DNA of 64,000 bases. Origin: Vermamoeba vermiformis (Eukaryota). Shown in pieces: positions 46,146-58,380 of the stretch. The position numbers and the translations under genes are program-made. The stretch spans positions 124,001 to 188,000 of the forward strand of contig JBEWZL010000209.1 of NCBI GenBank assembly GCA_045837725.1, in the 5' to 3' direction. Under the pieces are notes generated by a model that saw only the letters and a program-made list of their open reading frames with translations, did no database searches and was not told where the DNA came from. Every line of letters begins with the position of its first letter. Position 1 is the first letter of the stretch.

Positions 46146-46748
46146 GCGAATCAAATCCGATCAGCTCCTGAATAGAACACTGCACTGGTCTGGAAGAGCT
46201 CTGGACTAGTGGCCACCTACTCCACTATTTTATTATTAATCGCTGCTTGTATTATTGGTGCTGGTGTAACCAGTACTGGATGGATGTGTAGATTCCGTCT
46301 GGATGTCGATACTGGAGGCAATAAAATATGCTCGGAGTAAATGCAACATGTTGATTACTTATCAATTAGTATATCGCCATGTGCCGGTTAAATGTGTTGA
46401 TCGTGCTTTGAAATTTCGATATCGCCTTTTCTCCGTGATATGGGCCATTTCTCCTTGTTGACGAATAATTTACTGTTAAATTGTTCCCTTGGTGACCACA
46501 CTTCCATATACCTTGTAAGTACTCGCCCTACGATATAATGACAAGAGGCAATTACATTAATGTTGGGATCGTGGAATTTGTCGTGGATCATCGCAACTGA
46601 CCGCGAACCGCGTTGAACTGTTAGCAATAACAATAATAATAAGCTAAACACTCAAGTGTAATTTAACAACACCATTTGCTGCAATGTCACGAATATCTTA
46701 TTTTCTGAATTTACGCACCATTACTAATATCTCCCTGGCCAGAGTCAC

Positions 46749-48654
46749 ATGTCGAATTGGCCCTTTATCAACGAAGAACCCTCTGAAAGTCAACTTGACG
46801 AGACCTCGCAGTCCGATGGCAAAAAAGTTATTCCCTTCGCCGTGAGGGCTTGTGACTTTTGCAAGAAGCGCAAGATCCGCTGTGAAGGCACCATTCCCTG
46901 CACCGCCTGTCAGCGCCGAGGACAAGTTTGCACATTCACGCGCGAACAGAGCAAGCGAGGACCCAAGCCCAAGCGCGTGCGTCGTGAAGCAGTGCCCTCA
47001 ATGGCGAGTGGTCGTGCGGGCAGTGGTGCGAGTGAGGAGGTGAGCGGTGAACTGATCAGCTTGCAGCCCCTCACTCAGGACCTGTCCAAGCTCAAGATTG
47101 AACTCGAAATTCAAAAGCGCCTTGAAGCCCATTGGAAGCAGCAGTACTTTGATCTCTTGCAGCAACAGCAGAGCACTCAACTCGCGCTCGGCAGCTCTAA
47201 TGTGCCGGCCTATCTGCGCGGCATATTCATCGACAACAACACCACTGGCCTCGCACTCGATGTCTCGCCTGAATCGCCGCTGATTGGTCAGTTCTCCAGC
47301 ACCAGTTGGGGTCTGATTCGTGACCCTGACATTCCTCTCAAGCTGCAAACACTGTTTTCAGATGCAAATATGTGCACACTCCCGAGCTACAAATTGATGC
47401 TGCCCATCGACGAGCCAGTCAATAGCCTAATTTGGAAAGTGTTGATGCACAACACTGCTGACAGCATTGCAGACTTTCTGCGCCACGAGACCACACCGCT
47501 CGTGCTGCAGTTCATGCAGTCCGCAGTCGTGTTCGCTCAAGGACTGCGCGGCCTGGACGAGGACCAGCAACACTTGGACATTGGCAATCACTTGCTGCTC
47601 ATCATCAACGGCGCATTCAACATCTTGTTCTATCAGCGCGAGGTCCAGTACAACATCAAATACGTCAAACAGATCGCGTACGAGTTGCTCAATCTCGCGC
47701 AGTTCCTCAAGTACACGGGCACTGGTGCCGCGGCCAAACAACTCTCGCCGCTGTTGGTGCAAATCATGCAACAGTTCGAACCTGCGCTCGATGATCCTGA
47801 ACTGCTCACCAAGTACGTCTTATTCTAGTGGTTTGTAATTGAATACTGACATGTCGTGCAGTGCTTATGGACATCTGATACACAAGTCCGAATCGGCGAG
47901 TGAGCGCGACTATTGGATGGCCAAGTTGAATGGTGTGCAAGTGGTACGGTTGTTGATACTAATGCTCGTGTGACATCCATTTGACACGTGTCATTTAGCA
48001 AAATCCGCTCAGCAAGGCCATGCGAGACTTTACCGTGGTGATTTCAGGCCTCAAAATTCTATCGCCGCAGTCACAGTCCAGACAAGAGTTGAACGACTAC
48101 TTGCAACGCATTGACGCAGCTCAAGAGGTGTTGACGAGTGCCGCTGAAGCTGATCCCAAGAACCGTGAAAATTACAAGTTCTTTGCCATCTGGGCGCACA
48201 TGTCGCGTGCTGAAGTGTTTCATCGCTTGAATGAAATGCAACAACACGAACTCGCGCTCAAAGAGACCATGCGCAGATATTTTGCGCTGCCTCGCAACAT
48301 GTTCCGAAAAGCACTGCGCGGTCTGGCTTCGGTATGACACTTTATATGACGGGCACGTGTCCATCATTGCTAATATCTCCTTCGCAGTTAATCACCACTG
48401 AAGGTGTCACTTTAGTAACGGCCAGCAAGCTGTTGCAGCTCACAGACACGACATTCGACCCCAATGGCATGCCGCGCGACCTGTCGCTGATCATTCAACC
48501 ACCCACCAGCTCCGTAGTCGAGATTCATTCGAGCTCAGACGAAATCAATTCTGATGTCGTGTCACTGTCCCCACACGACTCCAATGAATCGAATGAAAAC
48601 TTTGAAGATTTTATTTTTGACCCGATCGTTGAACAGATGACTGAAGCTATGTAA
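46749..48654 (+). CDS. Zn(II)2Cys6 binuclear-cluster transcription factor
   Basis: 'ACDFCKKRKIRCEGTIPCTACQRRGQVC' then 'KRGPK' and a coiled coil; 3 introns. Confidence 0.9.
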
Positions 48655-48929
48655 ATTTTGTAAATACTTGGAATGTAAATATCGAATTAACTTTTATTGT
48701 GTCGGTGCAATTAGAGAGCTACGAGAAATAATATTTCAATGCAAGAACAGGACTGATGCAGCAAGAAGCACCACAATAGAGACGTGCACTCGCCAACCAT
48801 GTTTTAGTTATCATTGCTGCCAGCATAAGTGCGAGGACGGAATTGCGTCAATGCCACCACACCAATAATGCTCGGCTGTCGGCAGATGAAGTACTGAGCT
48901 TGGTAACACGCCCAATTTTGGTCTGCAGT

Positions 48930-51443
48930 TCATTCGTCGTCATCAATCTCCATGCTGTCCTCTTGACTCAGCGCATCGAATGGATTGCTAGTAGGTTTGA
49001 CTGCCATTGTTTTGCTACCAGAGTTAGTGCGCGGTTTGATGGGCGTGGTCGAGTTTGATTTCTTGCGTTGACTTGGCACTGCGACACGTGACTCCAAGCC
49101 GGCAGTGATTTGTTGCGTCAACAATGTCACGTGATCGTCCTCTTCGGGAGTTAATTTCAGTGAACCAAGCTGATTGTCACACACGCATTGCATTGTGTGC
49201 ACGAACAGCTTGCCATTGTACCACTCAGCGATGTTCAAATCAGTGCAATCACGTGCCAAGTCCAGCAGATACAGTGCCTCGAACAGTGCCGCACTGATCA
49301 CTTGCCACACAGCGCCTTTGTGAATGAACTCTATGTCGTGTGGCACTTTAATGCCCGCAAGATCACGTGATGCAGTGTGATTGAGCACGTGATGCAGTGC
49401 TAGGGCTTGAATGTCACGTTGTGTGAGTGGCACTTTGTCATAGGTCTACAAGACATGAATAAGCTGCTGTTGGTAGAATAGTTTCACATACCTGCAGCCA
49501 ATACCGCGCTGCCAACACAAATAACGAATCACGTGACAGTACGGTGAGGGTTTGGCGTGAATACATCAGCTTAGATAGAATATGAAGCAACTGTTCACTG
49601 AACAGAGTGTTAATGATCAATGCATTCACTGAACAGACTCGGTGACGTACCGCGGCAGTTGATAGAGCTGTGCGAGTGAGGGCAGTGGTGACTGATCGAC
49701 TGCAAATGAAGAGCACACGGACACTTGCTGGTCTTTGTAGTGATCTCCAGTGCGGAAATACTCCGTGTAGCACGTGATATCTGCCATTGGTGAGCACACT
49801 AATAACAAAAAGGATCGTCGATTAACTCACTTGACGCGTCATTGTCTGACTTGAAAAATATTCCGATGACTTGTTGATTGATTGGTCTGCACGCCATGAA
49901 ACACGTCTCTTTGGAGTAGTCTGCGCAGTGTTGTTAGTTGTGCCTATAATACACGTCTATGAATTGAATTAATAGTCTAATACCTTCGAGTATTGCACCA
50001 CGCACCAGTGCACCTGTGTTCAGCATGGCCAAGTTGCAGCGACCTTTGCGCACGTGTGGGAAGGCGATGGGAGGAATGCTGAACTGTGTTGTGCCCAGTG
50101 TGACAGTTGGTGACACATTTTCCAAATTAGGTAATGTCATGGCGGCAGTGTAGTGCTCCACACTGTACTGCATCAACGACTTGAGCGAGTCTAATTTCCT
50201 AATTAGGCAATGGATCAGATCGGTGCCAACACCTACCACTCATCACCACGCGGTCCTTCAAGTACTGCAAAGCACTCTCATTCGAGTCACGTGCCGCTAA
50301 GAACTTTCCAATCGAATAAAACAGACTCTCGCGTGCTTGGGCTGTGCGGTCTTTGTGCCGCCAATTGTCGCGAATGTAGCGCTGCAAATCATTCAAATCT
50401 CCGGCCTTATCACTGGTGTAGTCATTGCCAGCAAGTGTCGCAAACATTGGCAGCAGCTGTCAAACGTGTCATCAAGTGCAATAATTGCCAAAATGATCCG
50501 TGTCTGTTGATGGTACCTGTGCTTTGAAGCCAAAGTGCTCGGCCACACTGGCAGGGGTGATAATGTCGGCTATAATGTCGTCACCTTAATTAGCGGTCAG
50601 TAAGTGGCTATTTCCTAAAAAGGAAGGAGTGTACCATCAGCCGCGAACGTGTCAATGTGAATAAAGCCAGGATGATCGGCGAACATGACGTAGTCTGTGT
50701 CATTACCCACGACAAATGCGCTATTTGTGCGTGCATAACTGATGCAAATAGGTCAATAATAATGAATAATAAGGCCATGCGATCGATCTTACTGCGCTAC
50801 AACTGGATCTGCTTCGCCATCGGTGACGAAGTATTCTATCTCGAGCTCATCCAATAGCGACAAGAATATACTCTTGATCATATCGTTAGTGGCATATAGA
50901 AGTCGGCTATAAGTGTACCTTAATGAATGGCGGGAACCAGATCTGAGTGTTGTCAACTTCGATCGGGCCCATTGGATTGCTTTGAATTTTTTTAACGAGC
51001 TGATGAACTTCTGTAATTTTCTTTTGAAATCGCGTCAATACAGTATCGAGTTTAGCATCGTCTGAAATGCCGTCTAAGTACACGATGACTTGGATCTGAT
51101 TGTCTTTGAAAAACTTGAGGCGTTGTAATAAAATCGCTCGATATCTGTGTAATAGTAAGTATTGTCCTATTAGTATAATTTGCACGTACTGATCATATTG
51201 TGCGCCATAAGACAAGTCAACATGAGCGGCATTAAAAATAGATCGAAAAAATGCGCTGCCGTCTATGACCATTTTCAAGTGACCTCCTAATAATTATTTT
51301 AATATTATTTGGTATTTTTTAAAAATTATATTTTTGGTATTCAGTGTTTATTTCCAACCTTTTTCTTGGATCCACTTTGACAGATTTACTGTCTTCGTTA
51401 TCTGTTTCTCTCGTAAGAACGTCAATAGACCTCTGATACCCAT
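48930..51443 (-). CDS. PIN/XPG-like protein of the Asteroid/FAM120 group
   Basis: 'MGIRGLLTFL', 'VIDGSAF', 'VYLDG', 'GEAD', 'LAGNDY'. Confidence 0.75.
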
Positions 51444-51589
51444 TTTGAAATGTTTTGTGGTATATTGTTCATCTTTTTGCAAATATTGAAAGAAGCCAAA
51501 ATTTTCCTTTTTGGATCCCGACAATAAACTCAATCAATTACAGATGCATTCGATTCGGTTTATTTACAAATAAGTACAATGGTCACCTA

Positions 51590-54500
51590 TCACGTGACTT
51601 TGAAGAACTGCAGCACACTCGACAGTCGCGCGAGTCTCTTAGCGACAGCGGCGTGTAGCGGCAGAATAGAGTGGCGAACAGGACCGTCCAGCCAAGACAG
51701 CGCCCAGCACTCGCGCACGAAATCTCGAATCACGTGGTGCATGTTTGGGAGATATTCAGCGCGACCGTGCTCTAAATATAGGCGCGCAAAGAGCACTGTT
51801 TGCGCAGGACACAGCGAAGAATTGCAGTTCTGCATCGCTGTCGGGGCCACGAGATACGCAGAGATCAGCGGCCGAGTCACGTGCGGGGGTGAGGGCGGAA
51901 CATTTCCAGGCGTGGAGGGCGTGGCCGGGGAGTGCAGACTGTTCATGTTGCGCGGACGCACCGTGGAGGTGTCAAAGTGACAGGTCGGATGTGGCGGATA
52001 GAACGCAAAGCTTTCAGTTGCCAGCTGCTCGCTGTGCGTGGCATCGAATATGAACTGCAATTCGCGATTGAAGGTGATAGAGGCCACGTGCGCGCTGAGA
52101 ATGATGTCGGAGTAGGCGACGTCAGGGCCTGACAGCACGTGTTGCCATTCTTGGAGTTCATTGGGCAAGAACTCGCCATATTTAGTAATGATAACGTGCC
52201 ACCGCTTCAATGGCAGCAATTTGTTGCAAAGACTCCACAACTGGCTCGTCTGATCGTGCATGTCGCGCTGTGTTTTGAGCAGGCGTGCTTCGAGGAATTC
52301 ACCGCGCGCATCAGTGCAACAGACTGCTGTCCAATCACCGTAGTCCGAGGCTGTGTAACAAAAATGGAAGTAATCACGTGCTTGCGATGAGCCAGCTGGT
52401 TTTGCGTCTAAAAATAGCTCAGGCATGTCACTGGCACTCTTCTCGGGCAGTCCATTTGCAGGCGCGAGAACAGCACTGGGCTCGAACAATTTGAATGACT
52501 TGAACGCGGTTAGTATTGCTAAATATAGAACAATGAGCACAGCTACGTACATTGTTGGTGAGCGAGGACATGGTGGGTGTGGAGGGCGTGGTGTGATTGG
52601 TCTTGTTCGTCATCACTGTCACGCGACGACTCTTGTTGAACACCGAGAAGCACAGTGCCTTGACTTTGGTCGAGTCTGCACGCTTGTCGATCACGTGACT
52701 GATTGGGATGGGTTGCAGAATCAAATTCAAATTGCCTTTTTTGGACGTAATTTCAGCAATCGAGGCGAGACACTTGTAGAGCAGGGCTTGATTTTGTTGC
52801 GTGGCAGGTGACTTGGTCACGTGATCGAATGGGAACACAATGTAGACTACAATACAGCTGTCTGAATATGCATTCAACACGGAGTCCTCGCACAGATGAT
52901 TGGCTGCATGGAATGTGTTAATAGACATCACGGCCAATCACCTAAATACGTACCCAAGTTCTTGCAGGACTCGACGAATTGCGAGGCATAATTGTACTTG
53001 ACTTCAGCGCTGATAATGTCCTCTGAGTCGGCCATGTCCGGTGCGAATACAATTCCTTCACCAAATTTGGAAGTCTGCGCTGCTTTGTGTTTGCCCAAGT
53101 TGCAGAGCTCGTAAATAGCACTCAGCTCGTTGAAGAAGGTGATGACCTGATTGAGCAAGAACTGATTGTCAGGTGTGATCACAAAGTACGCCACATTCTT
53201 CTTTGGGGCGTAGGGCTCTAAATTCGCTTTTTCCCAAAAAGGCAATAGCTTTGGCGGAACTTCCAGCCATTCTTCTTGATATCCAACGAGAAATTTCGGT
53301 TCTTTGAGCTCTTCAACGAACGGATTTGCTGGTGTGGCATTATTTGTGTTGGCCGCGGAGTTGTTGATCAATGCGCGCACCAACTTGTCGCCACCGCCGA
53401 TGAGTGACCAATCATTGAACGACAACGGGCCCTTGCACTCGATCGAGGACTTGGTGTTGCGCAGCATGTTCTGCAGTGAGCTTGTGAGCAATGATTGCAC
53501 GTGATCGGTCAGTCGTCTGTTCGAAGTGAGGGGCATGGAAATCGGGTCTAAAATGAGCTCCAACAACCAGCTGTTCGGCTCTTCTTGTGTTTGAAAGTCT
53601 CTGAGTGCCGAGTAGACACCAGTCCAGTTCTGGCGCTGCTGTCGCACTTCAATCATGAACTGTGCTGCGCGGTCAACCAACACGCCGACGTTGTTTTCAT
53701 TGTCAAATGACACGTCGTAGCCAATCAGTGCTTGTTGTTCAATCACTTCAATCAGTCGCTGCAGTTGAGTGTCACGCAGCGCAAATTGAGTGCCGGGTGG
53801 AGTGTTGGACTTGATGTATGGAATAGGAGTCATGCCTGGTGTGTGCGGTGTTTTGATGGCATTGCTCGGGGTGGATGGATTGCGCGGGAATTGAGAGGGT
53901 GAGGGCTGTGAAGTGGGTGACATCTGATTGTAGAGGCCAGGGGAGTGCACTTGCAGCGAGTATGGCGTGTGTTGAGGCGTGAGTGAGTGACCTACTGAGC
54001 CGAATGATGGCACGTGTTGTGGTGTGTAGGCCGAGAAATAGTGCTTGAAGTGCTGCATGATGTCGAGTGCGTGCAAGTCTATGTTCAGCGCATCGAGCAC
54101 GTAGGTCAGTTTGACAGCTGTCACTGGGCTGTAACGCGATGACAACAGCTGCGTGATTAAGTTGTTGCCGCGCGGTCCTCGATCTTCACGCGAGATCGGA
54201 TTGATCAATTCAAAGTGCGGCAGCGGTGAAGACTTGTTGCCAACATTTCCCTTGATGACGTCACTGGGCTTGACATCGGGTGTGAAGGGCGGTGGATTGG
54301 ACGAGTCACCGTTGAGCTCATCCATCGGGTGATCTCTGTCGAATGGATTGTCCAGTGCCATCTCCTCGTCACTGTCGCTGTCACTGCTGCTCTCGCTGTC
54401 ACTCTCATCGCTGCTGATGTTGTCCAGCATGGAACTTCGCTCTTTGAGGTCGCCGAGCTTCGGATCAGAATTGCCTTGTTTGGATGTGCTGTCAGACATC

Positions 54501-56844
54501 TCGGACTTGGGGTCCGCACTGTACGACAGCAAATCACTCTTCGTCACTTTGCTATTAGCTGGAGTGTACGTGAGCGAGGACTTGAGTGAGACTTTGGGAA
54601 TGGCGTTGTTGAGTGATTGATAGTCAGGAGGACACATGCCATAGAGTGTTCGTTGCTTCTGTTTGGCTGTCAACAGTGCCTCAGAGTTATTCCGCGAGAC
54701 AACAATCTCTTCAGTCGATGCGGCTAGAGGTACAGTGGTGGGATTGGAGCTAATTGAAAATGAATTCGACTTGTCAAGGGCTGGTTGAGCAGCAGCGACT
54801 GGCTCTGGCTTGAGCGGCTCGACAGTGTCAATCTCCATTTTAGTGACAGTAGCTACTGGCTCCACGGGCTTGGGTTTGGGTTTCTCTTTGTCAATTTCCA
54901 TCATCCACTCGTCAAAATCATCGTTGCCGAGCCCTTTTGAAATGTCAAAATCGAAGGTATCCCTGTCCGCAAGTTAATATCAACTCTAATATGCAATGCT
55001 CCTAACGTACTTTTCTATTGGGAATTTAGTCTCAATAACCATGGGCTCGGCAGGCTTCTGTTCCACAGGTGCGGGTGTCACTTCAGTGATAGGTGGTGGC
55101 ACTACCGCTGCTGTCGGCTGTGCAGCGCCTTGTTGACTTTGCGATAATTTTTTCTTGGCTGTGAAAATTAACCTTGGCCTCGTCGGTGCAGCAGGTTGTG
55201 TTGGAGGTGCAGCAGGTGTTGAATTAGGCTGTGGTGCATTGTTGGCATTGTTGTTGCCCGAGTCGAGCACTACTTCAGCTGCAGGCTCGGTATTGCTCGT
55301 GGTCGGGGCTGTGGGCTGTGGTTCTTCAGCTTTACGTTTGCTCTCGTCCTCTTCAGGCTTGGGCGTCAATTGATTTTTCACTTCAGGAGCTTTGGGCTTA
55401 GTGACGGGCACTACTGGGGCTGGCAGACTGTCCAAATTCAGAAACGGATCTTTGTACTTCCAGAAATTGACTTCTTTGCGGAATTTTGCGTCCTTGCTGT
55501 TGACTGACAGCGATTTGAATCCATTGTTCAGCAAGGTGATGGTTGAGTCGTTGCGCTGTGCATATTCATACGCGTAAAACTGTTCGAGCAGTGCTTTGCT
55601 CTGTGGTAATCGCAGCGGTGCTATTTTGAACACGAGTCCGCTCGGGAATGTGAAGGTTGAATTGCCGATCTGCACTTTGACCGCGTACTGACTCAGCGCG
55701 TGATTTTGATGTGACAAATGTTCCGCCCAGGACTTGCTTTGTGAAGCGAGTTCTTCCGCGGCTTCAACGACTGTTTTGATCTGGCCAATAGCACCCGTCG
55801 TGCTCGTCAAGACGTGTTTGTTCCACACGGCCTTGTTCTGAACTTGAGCCATAATAGCCCTGAGCTCTGTTGCGTCCAGTTGTTGCAAGCGTGTTTTGAA
55901 TGCTGACACATAACAACAGATGACACCGCCCATCAAAAAGAATTTGATTGTAATCGAGTCCAAACACTCGTCATCGCGGAATATTAACAACGAGGGGTCA
56001 ATTGCACGACTATATGCAATATTAGTATTTAAAATCGTGTATTAAATGTCTGTGGTACCTCATTTCATCAGGCAAATGCAGAAAGAAATCGGAGACACGC
56101 ACGAATGAGTTTTGATGCAGTACTCTAATAGGCATATGTTAGTAAGTGTAATTACAAGCATCAAATAGACTTACTTTTGCACCAAATTCTTCAGCGCGCT
56201 AAATAGCAAACTAATGCGCGCCTCGTCACCCTCATGCGTCGCTCCTTCGCCAAATTTAAGCGTACCACTTTCTTTTTCTAATAGAGAGATTGTTAATTAC
56301 GATGTTATGATCAAGAACAATATGATTTGTATGTACTAATTAGTTGCGTCAAAGAACTCAGTTCTGGCAACGATCCACTAAACAAGAAGACCCATAATTC
56401 GCTATCGCTCTCGTCGTCAGCATGATTTGGTCCTATAAATATTGTTTATTAGCCAATACGTCTTGAAAGCTGGACTAGTCAAAGGAAAATGTGTGGCGCG
56501 ATCTGGATCTTGCCATCATCATTTTCTTGAGAATCGTTTTTGCTAACACAGCAATAAATATAATAAAATTGAACATATTCTACTATGAAGTTCAAACTAT
56601 AGAGCTTACCATAAGAGATCTCACGCTTGAAGTAAATTGACGCGATATCTCGTTCTAATAAATCTGTGAATGCATTGTATGTATTTTCTAAATTGCCAAT
56701 AAAGCGTAGCCAATTGATCCTGTCGAATCCGCTCTGTGAGAAAGTTAAGAAAAATAAATCTGTTGAAAAACAAGCAGAAAATAAAAAAGCAATCATAGTA
56801 ATTAAGGATACTATCGCAAATATATTAGAAACGGCATTATCCAT
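51590..56844 (-). CDS. MED13: Mediator kinase-module subunit 13
   Basis: 'FLVGYQEEWLEVPPKLLPFWEKANLEPYAPKKNVAY', 'CCTDARGEFLE', 'ALSWL...HSILPLH'. Confidence 0.88.
56734..56811 (-). other. U12-type (minor) intron, first intron of MED13
   Basis: Donor GTATCCTTAA, branch TTTCTTAAC 10 nt upstream of the CAG end. Confidence 0.8.
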
Positions 56845-57172
56845 TATATTCTTAATTGTTAACAATTAATTGTTTCCATGAGCCAAGATCAAATTGATCG
56901 TTCAACTGGATCGTGTGGTTGATGCGTACAAGATTAAATAAGCATGCGCAATTGAGTACAGGTCACACTTGGTTGCGTAGTGCGTGCGCGGAGTTGATAA
57001 GATTGGTTTTTTCTCCTGTCGAAAAATTGTTTGACATTTTAGGAACTGACTTTCGAGTGAGTACTTTGTGCACTATAGTATCTAGTATATCTATGATATA
57101 AGCAAAAAGATGACGAGTACCTCTATAGCTACAAAATCTTTATTTTAGTCTACAGATCGCGATAACAATAAA

Positions 57173-58151
57173 TTATAACTGTACATTCATCGTGGCCTTA
57201 TGTTGCTCAAATTGTTCAACAGAGAAGTGTGCTAATACAAATGCATTGTTATTACAAGGTCTAATTGCCATGTATGTTCAAGTAATGGTTCTACGTACCT
57301 GCAGGGTGTTGTTTCAGCTCTTGATCGATTTCATTCACTTGATCGTGCATTTTTTCAAAGTCAGCAACGAACTTTGTGACATTGTCATTCATATCGTCTG
57401 CAATAGATCGTGATTGGATTAGTGAACGATATGAAGCGAGCGATCGCCATTGACACGTACCACCGTGCGTCTGTTGATTGATATCGAGCACATCCTTCGT
57501 ATTAAGACACTGCTCGAGCTGTTTGTTCTCTGTGTTGAGCACTCGAATCTCGGCTTTGATTGATTTGTTCAGTTGATTCAGCTGGTGCACGATTAGTACG
57601 TCATCGATTAAGGTACCTCACTTTCTGTTGATTATTAATTTAATTGTGGTTACCTTGACTATTCGCTCGCGCAATTCAGCCAATCGATTGTCAAGTTGAG
57701 CATTCGAGGGCATATTTTCTGCACTCGGCAGCAGTTTTGATGGTTTTGGAGGCTACTCGACATTAATACAATTATACAATATATATTTGTATTGTACCTG
57801 TGATAATACTGCGTTGTCGGGAATTTTGAATACGTTCGTCAGGGCATAGCTTTCAAAAATATCGAGACCTTTTAAAACCTCATCTTGTAGCTCCTTTTCC
57901 ATACTTTCGAATCCCTATTGTTTTAAATTAATTTTTGACACGCAGTAATTAAAATTAATTGATATTACCTTCTGTAATTTTTTCTTATCTAATTTTTTAA
58001 TCGATTCATCGGCTAATATTTTATCTTGCTCATTTGAAAATTCATCTGCCATTTTAGCGCTGACTTCTGTTCTAGCCGTCTCCAAAAAACTCATCGGAGA
58101 TACGGTAAAGAAGCCGTTCTCTCTTTGGAGTTCAGTAGGCTGCCGTGCCAT
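57173..58151 (-). CDS. MIS12: Probable kinetochore protein MIS12
   Basis: N-terminal 'ENGFFTVSPMSFL', 'LDIFESYALTNVFKIP', coiled-coil tail; about 5 introns. Confidence 0.6.
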
Positions 58152-58380
58152 AATGATATTTGTACTATTATTTTAGTTAACAAGCCTGTGGCCACATAAA
58201 TCGACAAAAGCACAAAGAAAGAAAGTCTTTTGTACGATCGTTTGAAAAAGGGCGCGAAAACAAATTTCCGCGGGTAAATCGCTCGGAAGGTTGGACAATT
58301 AAGGATTAAATTCCTATTTACCATATTACAACTGTACACAAGCAGCAAACGAATTACATCCTAGCAGATAGAACAGATCC

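Noticed and set aside
46183-46211. 12-bp hairpin after the ABC gene as a terminator
   Set aside because: Three G-U pairs, no adjacent U-tract, and a eukaryotic Pol II gene; probably chance.
46749-48654. Zn2Cys6 factor as fungal gene transfer or contamination
   Set aside because: The family is known in amoebozoans, and the gene has host-style introns and the host dyad motif.
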